Part shown: positions 54,710 through 64,000 of the stretch, piece by piece
Layout: the number at the start of each line of letters is the position of its first letter
Position numbering within the stretch: position 1 is the stretch's first letter
Source of the DNA: the human T2T-CHM13v2.0 reference genome, Homo sapiens
DNA: 64,000 nucleotides
Direction: 5' to 3' (one strand)
NCBI RefSeq assembly: GCF_009914755.1
Contig: NC_060928.1
Translations under genes and position numbers: made by a program
Notes under the pieces: model-generated
The model's database searches: none
Told to the model about the DNA's origin: nothing
Seen by the model: only the letters and a program-made list of their open reading frames with translations

Positions 54710-56984
54710 TACTGGAAAACCTTTGTGATTTGTAATAATTATAGAGATGACAATTCAGAAATGTCAGTTAAATTGTTGAGAGGTATTAATTTTTGTCAGT
54801 TATTGAAGATGGACCATTTTATTACATTGAGGTTCTTGATAAAAAGAAATACCAGCTCATAAATCAGTGGTAGGGAGGGAGTGGGAGGATGTAAATATCC
54901 TACCCGTAGTTGTTGACATAAAGCTTGAACACTGGCTTGTAGCTTCCTGGCATTCAGATCAAAACGAATTCACCATTGGTTTTCAAACTGTGCTTTCTGG
55001 AGCTTTCTGATCTATGAAGATATCTTTGGGGACTCAGTTAGATGCACAGAGGGTGGGAGGAAAAGCAGAGCTCCAGGGCACCTCTGCTTTTATTGGTTGT
55101 GTATATTAGGAATCCATAAAAATTTTCATTTGAAAGGAAGACTCTGGTGCTAAAAAAAAAAAAAAAAAGAAAAATTGGAAAACCACTGAATAATAGGGAT
55201 CTCATTATCAGAGGGGCAGAAACATGGTAGCTCCTTTGGGGAAATAAAGCACAACTTTCTTTCTCTTTCACTTGAAAAAATGAGTTATTTCAAACATACA
55301 GAAAAATACAGGTACCCATACAACTGTGACCCAGATTTAACACATGCTAATATTCTGTCATACACATTATACATGAAAAAGGAAATTAAATATTATTGGC
55401 CCAGGGTAAGTCCCTTTATATCTTTCCTGTATCTCCTTTCTGTCTTCCTTCACTTGGGTTAACTCTGATCTTGAAGTGTGTGCACTACACATTTTGCTAC
55501 AAATTTATACATCCATGGCCTATCTGTATAATGCTTTCTGCATTTTACTATTTACATAAATGGTGTCACACTATACACATATATATTTTCAACATTATGT
55601 TCTTTGAGATTTATCCATGTTGATCCTTTTAGCTCTAATTCATTCTTTTTAGTGGATCTATAGTATTCTGATGTGTGAAGAGACCACATTTATTTATCTC
55701 TTCTTCTGCTGATGGATGTATGAGGGTCTTTCCTTTTTTTTCATTTTTATAAACAATGCTGCACTGAATATCCTTGAGTGGCTCATAGGCTGAAAATGCA
55801 TTTCTTACATGGGAGTTTATGAGGCAGCCCTGCTGCTAGTCCACATGATATCTTTGTACCATTAGAATGAAGTTTCCCTTCCTCAAAAATGTTACATTTT
55901 TAAGAAAATGGTTGCAAAGGCTATACAAATTTACAATGACTTTATATCAACAGTGTTCTTTAAAGTTTTGACATTTAAAAAAAAGCAATAGTTCTATATG
56001 TAGGGGATGCTACCATAGAAACCTGTAGGGTGTAAAGAGGTTGGGCGAACTAATGTGTTTAACAGGTTAGAAGCTAATCTAAATAAAAGTCTGTGGTTAG
56101 CCTATATAAGAGGTTTTTCTAGCTAAATGCAGGGGCTGGGGAAATTGTTTTCTTCAGAAACGGTGTGTTGCAAGTAAAGAACACAAGGAAAGTGTGTAAG
56201 GCTTTTGATTTTTCCCAGGTTACAAGGCCAGTGGCAGGCCCAAGTGATGTTGTAAGGGAGACCTTATCCATCAGTTTTCCCCTTTCCAGAATACAGCCCT
56301 CAAGACTGTCTATGTAGACATGTATACAGTGCGGGCTTCTACCAGGCTCCATCTGCTAACACAACAGTGTGCTAAGAATGAAGAGAAGTTGCCTAGGGAA
56401 GACAAATAAGCCCTTGCTCTGGGAAGGAAAGTTTGAATTGTATCCAGAGGAAGTAGTGAGCCTCCCAGAAGACTGACGCTGTAAGTCCCAATACACTGAA
56501 ATAAGTTCATGTTCATCCAAGTTCCATTGGTCCTCACTAGATGGCTTTGCCTGGGGAGGGAAACAACTCCACAGCAGGCAATGCAATGTCTTCTCTATTC
56601 TTTATGAAAGTTAATAGGGGAAAAATTCTTTCCTGCTTTGGAAACTTACTTTAGAAATTAAATTTGGAAGTACTCAAGAGTAGAAGCCTGGTGGAAATTG
56701 TTGGATATTCTTCATGGAAGCAATTATATATGTTGTGGTCATTAAAAATTTGCCTAAATTAAGATGTGGTAACATCACTCTCTGTTTATATCTGTAATAC
56801 TATTTTCCGTCCTGGGAATCATTGGGCATTAACATTAATATTCACAATCTAAATTATACCCAGAAGACAGGATCTACGATGATTGTGTGTATGGAGAAGC
56901 CTGTTAACTTCTGTTAATTCTTTTAAGAACTATCAGGTAGAAGACTAAAAAAATTCATTTTATGTTGTGTCGAGGGCAGAACTC

Positions 56985-57320
56985 ATGCCAGTAGGGGACC
57001 ATTACATGAAGACAGGTTTTAGTTCAACATTAAGACAGAACTTTCCAACAATTAGAGTGGCTGAGTAAGAGAATGAGTGTCCTCAGGAGATCATTAGAGG
57101 CCTGTCAATAGATGGCAGAAAAGCAGATGCCAGATTCCCATCTGCCAAAGATGCTGTTGGGAGGATGTCTGCTCCATGTGGGAGGGTCATTCCACAAGTG
57201 CGTACAATCACCTGCTATTTATTAAGTACCTACCGTGCACTTGCTGTCGTCGGGGATAGGGACTGTTGTAGGCACAGCTGTTGTCTGGATGTGATCATCT
57301 TCCAGTCCTAAATTCTGTGA
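56985..57320 (+). mobile_element. L3/CR1 3' fragment
   Basis: ttttagttcaacattaagacagaactttccaacaattagag ... cttccagtcctaaattctgtga. Confidence 0.6.
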
Positions 57321-58639
57321 ATCCCAGGGAGTTTTAGCCAGGGCCCTGATGAAATTTTCACAAATTCCACATTAGAGTGGTCTGAAGTAATGAGGTCTCA
57401 CAATGCGGCTAGCCTAGTGGTAATGCTTAACCTTACTCCCAGCAGGAAGGATATGGCGCAGAACACCACTTCTTAGCTAAGACCTGCTTTTGTCCCTGGA
57501 TTTCAGCTTTGGCTTGGCTTTTGTGACATGAAAGATCTCAGTATATTAAAGTTAGTTTCTTTTCTCTGGTTCACTTCCTTCTGGTCTTGAAAATTAATAT
57601 AACTTCTGAGCTCCAGATGATGTGTGTCAGCTTTATTTAGTCAAACTCTGTCAAGATAAATATTTTTGCATTGGAATTGAATCTCTGTAACTTCCATTCA
57701 TGACAAAAGCATGAATTACAAAGTGGAGACTTTATGGAATTATAACTAAATACACTTAATTCTTTAAAGTCAAGTCTGCCTCAATCACAGTGTTTGACTT
57801 GGAAACCTCCTTTAGTCCAGTAGAGAATATAAATAAATAAATGTATGGAACAGTTTTGAGATTAGATCTGGATATTATATTATGAAGGTAACATTTTGGT
57901 CTGAATTCTCTGGCCTATGCTGAAGACACGACCTTGGCTGCCTCATGGATATGGCCTGTCTTTCACACACTTTAGAGACAAGTGTGTTAGAGTCCCATTA
58001 ATGCACATAATGGCTCCTGCAGCTCACTGATGCACATGCTATCACAGTGACCTGAAGAGTTAAGGTGCGTACTCCTTAGGCTACTTCACATAACATTGAA
58101 GCCACTTTGACCCAGAGTAGACTAAAACCCCATATATTCAATATTTGCTTTCATTAATATATTCATAAATATACAAAATCCTTGAGTGGTCTTTTAAACT
58201 GTTCCTTTGTTATATAGTCTGGGGCCCTAGCTATTTCTTCTATTGGCTGAAGTTTCTTTGTGTGTGTCAGCTTTTCATTTATGGACCCTGAAATTAATCC
58301 AGTTTAAAATTATGCTCTTCAAATATAGTTCAAATAATTCTGTTTTGAGGAAGAAATGTAGTACAGAGGGAGTCTTTCATGAAAACAACTTTCCCAAGCC
58401 ATTGCTCTGGAGTTGCTAAGGGTGATCAGCCAGCAAAGCCCAAAGTGTTCCTTTAGTATGACATGCAAGTATTTTAAAAAGATCTTAGCTGGAAAAGCAA
58501 TATAATTGGCAAATTAAAAATATTAAAATGAAAGTTTGCACCTTCTGACTAGGGAGAAAACAGTGCCCTTACATTGTTCCTTTTTTTGTTGTGTTTTCTG
58601 CTCTGTGCACAGTAAAGATTTGTGGCACTGCATCTTTTA

Positions 58640-59392
58640 AAAAAAATTTATTTTACTTTAAGTTCTGGGATACATGGGCAGAATGTGCAGGTTTCTTACA
58701 TAGGGTATACATGTGCCATGGTGGTTTGCTGCACCCATCAACCCATCATCTAGGTTTTAAGCCCTATATGCATTAGGTGTTTGTCCTAATGCTGTCCCTC
58801 CCCTTGTCCTCACCCTCCGACAGGCCCTGGTGTCTGATGTTCCCCTCCCTGTGCCCATGTGTTCTCAATGTTCAGCTCCCACTTATGAGTGAGAACATGT
58901 GGTGTTTGGTTTCTGTTCCTGTGTTAGTTTGCTGAGGATGATGGTTTCCAGCTTCATCCATGTCCCTGCAAAGGACATGAACTCATTCTGTGTTATGGCT
59001 GCATAGTATTCCATCATGTGTATGGGCCACATTGTCTTTATCCAGTCTATCACTGATGGGCATTTTGGTTGGTTCCAAGTCTTTGCTCTTGTAAATAGTG
59101 CTGCAATAAACGTACGTGTGCATGTGTCTTTATAGTAGAATGTCTTTATAGTAGAATGATTTATAATCCTTTGGGTATATACCCAGTAATGGGATCGCTG
59201 GGTCAAACGGTATTTCTGGTTCTAGATCCTTGAGAAATCACCACACTGTTTCCACAATGGTTGAACTAATTTACACTACCACCAACAGCGTAAAAGCGTT
59301 CCTATTTCTCAACATCCTCTCCAGCATCTGTTGTTTCCTGACTTTTTAATGATGGCCATTCTAACCAGCATGAGATGGTATCTCATTGTGGA
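58640..59392 (-). mobile_element. 5'-truncated L1PA (PA7/8-like)
   Basis: ORF2 C-terminus (ORF 58883..59206); TSD gcactgc(a/t)tctt; internal 16-bp tandem duplication at 59125-59156. Confidence 0.9.
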
Positions 59393-60681
59393 GCACTGCT
59401 TCTTAATCTTGGCTGCACATTGTAATCACACAGAAAGATTTAAAATATACTGTCATTTGGGTTTCATCCCCAGCTGGACATTTAAATATCTTAATGTCTG
59501 GGGTGCTGCATGGGCATTGGGGATTTTACAAGATCTACAGGAGATTCTAATATACAGATAATGCAAAGAATGATTGATTTGAGTGCTTTGATCTTCTACT
59601 ATTAAAAAGAAATCTAAAAATTTCTCTGTTATTATTTGTGGAGTATGATTTGCCTGGAACCTAGACTGCCTGTGAATTTAAGAGTTGAAAAAGTCTCAGT
59701 TTTTGAGATACTTCACTTGGTCTTCTCACTTATGTTGGGCCATTGTGAGATGGTAGATAATTTTTCTGAAAAAGACTTCGGGAAGAGTTTGTTACAGGTG
59801 CAATGTTTTCAGAGCATTTCCTAACTGCATTGTTTGAGAATGTAATTCTGCTGCCTTTGCACATAAATAGCAATTTATATGTGTCTGAAATTCTTTTTCT
59901 TCTTCATCTCCTCCTCTTCTTTCTCCTCCTCACAGGAGGTCACAAAGATTTAAAAACAAGAGAAAAAATAAAAGACATGGGGAACAGATTCAGAAAATCC
60001 AAACTCTGTAAAAATATACTTCTCTTCTTCCTCCTCCGTTTGTTTCCTTCTAATTAAAGTTTTGCTCCATTTTCTTCTGAACATTATTGTTGTGGAAGAG
60101 AAGTCTGTAGATAGACTGATTTTTATTTCTTTGTAAGTGATTAAGTGTCTTCATGAATGCTTATAAGAATATTTATCCTTGAAATACATACAGACGATCT
60201 CTGTCTTTTCATTTACATAATCAGTAAGCCATTTGCAACAATAGTTTCAGGTTTTTTGTAAGCTCAGGAAAAAATTACGCCATGATGCCTATAATAATTA
60301 GGTCAGCCTCATCTGTACCATGATCTACAATTGAGAACTAATTTTTACGTATAGATTATTGGATTTTTCTTATCTAGTCTCCATGTCTATGTTTTCTCTT
60401 ATATTTAAATCTTTTTACTTTTCTCTGAGATTTGGACGGATTTCCAACCCTGTCTTCCACTTTACTGATTTGATTTTCAGCTATGGCCAATTTTCTGATC
60501 TCTACCACCACCACAGTGATTTTTTAATCCAACAATTTATTTTCTCTATATGTTCTTTCCTGATCTTATGACTGTTTACTCTAGTTTCATAAATACAATA
60601 AGAGTTCACATACTGTTGAGATAAAGGGGCAAAATTTTTCTAAACATGTGTACTTTTCTAGCAGTAAATCCCTTTCATAGT

Positions 60682-61027
60682 TGATATGGTTTGGCTGTGA
60701 CCCCACCCAAATCTCATCTTGAACTGTAATTCCCACAATTCCCACATGTCATGGGGAGGTGACTGAATTATGAGGGCGGGTCTTTCCTGTGATGCTCTCA
60801 TGATAGTGAATAAGTCTCACGAGATCTGATGGTTTTGAAAATCGGAGTTTCCCTGAACAAGTTCTCTTCTCTTGTCTGCCGCCATGTGAGACATGCCTTT
60901 CACCTTCTGCCATGATTTTGAGGCCTCCCCAGCCACATGGAACTGTGAGTCCAATAAACCTCTTTCTTTTGTAAATTTCCCAGTAATGGTTTTGTCTTTA
61001 TCAGCAGTGTGAAAACAAATTAATACA
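60682..61027 (+). mobile_element. THE1B-like solo LTR
   Basis: tgatatggtttggctgtg ... taataca; TSD atagt/agagt. Confidence 0.9.
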
Positions 61028-61506
61028 AGAGTCAATTATTTTCTGTAAGTTTTTGGAGTAGTTTTTTTTCTTATGAGGGGCAGTAGCTTTTCAAGGGTCT
61101 GTTTTTCTCTTCATTTGGGAGGAATCCAGGCTGTGATTTTCCTGCTGATGATGTCTGCCTTTCACATGAGTTTTCTCTACTTCCTGTCCACGCTGATCTG
61201 TCCTCCATTCTTCCTTCACCCTGGTGCCATCTACCCTCTCTCAAGCAGAACAAACCAGAAACTACATTTTTTGGCAAATGGAACACATCTTTTATGGTTT
61301 TCAGAGGTATTACAGGTTTTACTTACTATATATTTTGAAATGTTCCACAGGAATATGGAAATTGGGAAAATTAGCTACTTGTACTCACACTAACAGATTA
61401 TCTAACATCATGATAAATCTTTGGAGAGTATTTTTTCCACCCAGCTTACATTTACATCCTCAGGATATAGTTCTATATGGAAAATTACTAAGTCAAAGAA
61501 TATGAC

Positions 61507-62510
61507 CTTTTATTTTTTATATTTTATTTTTATTTTTTAATTTTTAAAAATTTCCAATAGCTTTTGGGGTACAGGTGCTTTTTGGTTACATGGATGGGTT
61601 ATATACTGGTGAAGTCTGAGATTTTAGTGTACCCATCGCCCGAGTAGTGAACATTGTACCTAATGTGTAGTTTTTTTATTTTTAACCTCCCTACCTTCAT
61701 CTCCCTTCTGAGTCTCTAATGTCCATTATATCCTTCTGTATGCCTTTGCATAATCATAGCTTAGCTCCCACTTATAAGTGAGAACATATGGTATTTAATT
61801 TTCCATTCCCGAGTTACTTTACTTAGAATAATGGCTTACAACTCCATCAAAGTTGCAACAAAATACATTATTTCATCATTTTTACTGCTGAGTAGTATTC
61901 CATGGTGTATATATACCACATTTAATTTATCCACTTATTGGTTGATGGGCACTTACGTTGGTTCCATATCTTTTCAATTTGTGAATTGTGCTGCAATAAA
62001 TATATGTATGCATGTGTCTTTTTCATAAAAAGACTTCTTTTCCTTTGGGTTGATACCCAGTAGTAGAATTGCTGAATCAAATGGTAGATCTGTTTTTAGT
62101 TCTTCAAGGGATCTCCATACTGTTTTTTACAGGGGTTATACTAATTTACATTCCCACCAGTGGTATACAGGCATTCCCTTTCACCACATCCACACCAACA
62201 TGTATCGTTTTTTGACTTTTTAATAATGACCATTCTTGCAGGAGTAAGGTGGTGTCCCATAGAGGTTTTAATTTGCATTGCCCTGATGATTAGTGATGAG
62301 CAATTTTTCATAGTCAACAAGTTTGTTGACTATTTGTATATTTGTATATTTTCTTTTGAGAAATCTCTGTTCATCTAATTTGTCCACTTTTTGATGGGAT
62401 TATTTGTTTCTTGCTGATTTGTTTGAGTTCCTTGTAGATTTTAGATAGTAGTCCTTTGTCAGATGCACAGTTTACAAATATTTGGTGCCATTCTGTAGAT
62501 TGTCTGTTTC
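61507..62510 (-). mobile_element. L1PB/L1MA 3' end
   Basis: T-rich tail; ttttggggtacagg; cttagctcccacttataagtgagaacat; ORF2 remnant. Confidence 0.85.
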
Positions 62511-62609
62511 AAAGTGTATGCACTTTTAAAAGCACTTAGATATATATTATCAAGTTGATTTCTAGAAAATTTTCTCTTAACACTTGTTAGGATATTCATT
62601 TTGCCACAT

Positions 62610-62980
62610 TGTATTAGTCTGTTCTCACACTGCTGATAAAGACATATCCAAGACTGCATAATTTATAAAGAAAATATGTTTAATTGACTCACAGTTTCAC
62701 ATGGCTGGGGAGGCCTCACAATCATGGTAGAAGGTGAATGAGGAGTCAAGGCACATCTTAGTCTTACACGGTGGTAGGCAAAGAGAGAATATGTAGGGGA
62801 ACTCCCCTTTATAAAACCATCAGATCTCATGAGACTTATTCACTATCATGAGAACAGCATGGGAAAGACCTACCCCCATGATTCAATTACCTCCCATCAG
62901 GTCCTTCCCATGACACGTGGGAATTAAAGAAGCTACAATTCAAGATGAGATTTGGGTGGGGACACGGCTAAACCATATCA
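62610..62980 (-). mobile_element. THE1B-like solo LTR
   Basis: tgtattagtctgttctcacactgct ... aaaccatatca; TSD cacat/catat. Confidence 0.9.
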
Positions 62981-64000
62981 CATATTATCACCAATACCGA
63001 ATGTTGTTTTTAAAACATACAGGCACACAACACACACTTTGCTAATTTGACATGATACATACATTAAAAGTATGTTTTTATTTTCATTTACATTAAATTA
63101 CAGAGAAGGCAAAATATTTTATTTATTAGTTTATTTGAATTTCTTCTGTCGGGTTTTTGTCCATGTTATTTGACCATTCTATCCTGGTTTTTGTGTTTAG
63201 TGTGTATTTTTTAAAAAACAATAGCCATTATAATAAATGAATGCCATTTCACCTAGCAATCCCCAGGAAGTTATTTAGAGACAATGATGATTCCAATATA
63301 TGAAACAAAGTCTTCAATTTTTAAATATTTTTAAATATTGAATCCATTATAATCTTGGCTACAGTTGTACATACTTTTTTAAAGCTTAAAATAATATTTT
63401 AAGATGCCTTTATATGAATGACATCATATGAAGACAGCTAAATGAGAATGAAGTGAAGGAGAGGGGCTCGGAGTTCTGCCATCTCAACTATAATACTCTT
63501 ATAGTTTCATGAGACACAATTTAAAAGCCAGAGTTTAGAGCTTTCTTTTCTGTTCATGCTAATCAAACACTTTGGTATTATTTTCCTGTAACTTCATTTA
63601 CCTTCAGCTTCAGCAAATCAAATGGAATATCCCCATAGCTGCTTACTGCCTACATACATACTTAAATGCTTATATATATATATATTCTGGATATGTGTTA
63701 TGAATTTAGCAGTGATAATGAAAAGAAACAGGCTGCTTGTTGAATCCTAATTAAAACCAAAGTTGTTTTTTATGATTCCTTAAATCTAGGCCACACTTTA
63801 ATTTCACAAACATATCCCAAAGAGAAGGCAACATAAATACATAGTATGATTTTTTTCTAGAGGTGCATGATTTATGTTCTCTCTGCGTACAAATATGTTC
63901 ATATACTATTGCAATTGTGACAAATTGAAGGTGTGATATTATACATTGGAATCTGGAGTAAAACAGACTGAAAAAGTTTCTGTTAATGGAAAAGATATGT

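Overview
AT-rich, repeat-dense primate DNA, almost certainly human. It covers the middle of GBA3 (cytosolic beta-glucosidase, glycoside hydrolase family 1) on the + strand: coding exons 2 (25761-25988), 3 (37076-37872) and 4 (38617-38740). These splice in frame and carry both catalytic glutamates; exons 1 and 5 lie outside the window. Intron 2 uses a non-canonical GC donor. Intron 1 holds an antisense processed copy of CDC42 (probably CDC42P6) with target-site duplications (TSDs), a poly(A) tail, an intact 191-codon ORF with three substitutions (G15S in the P-loop, L129P, Q162K) and a 62-bp tandem duplication in its 3' UTR. The rest is Alu, L1, MaLR/ERV LTR, DNA-transposon, MIR/L2/L3 sequence and microsatellites. 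I see no prokaryote-style system (CRISPR, operon) and nothing I can call a proven new system. The best leads are: the coding-competent G15S CDC42 retrocopy; an Alu-bracketed, stop-free 921-nt exon 3+4 cassette (skipping or circRNA); several locally templated insertions; and a likely L1 3' transduction. Repeat subfamily names and parent-protein comparisons come from recalled consensus sequences, not from a search.
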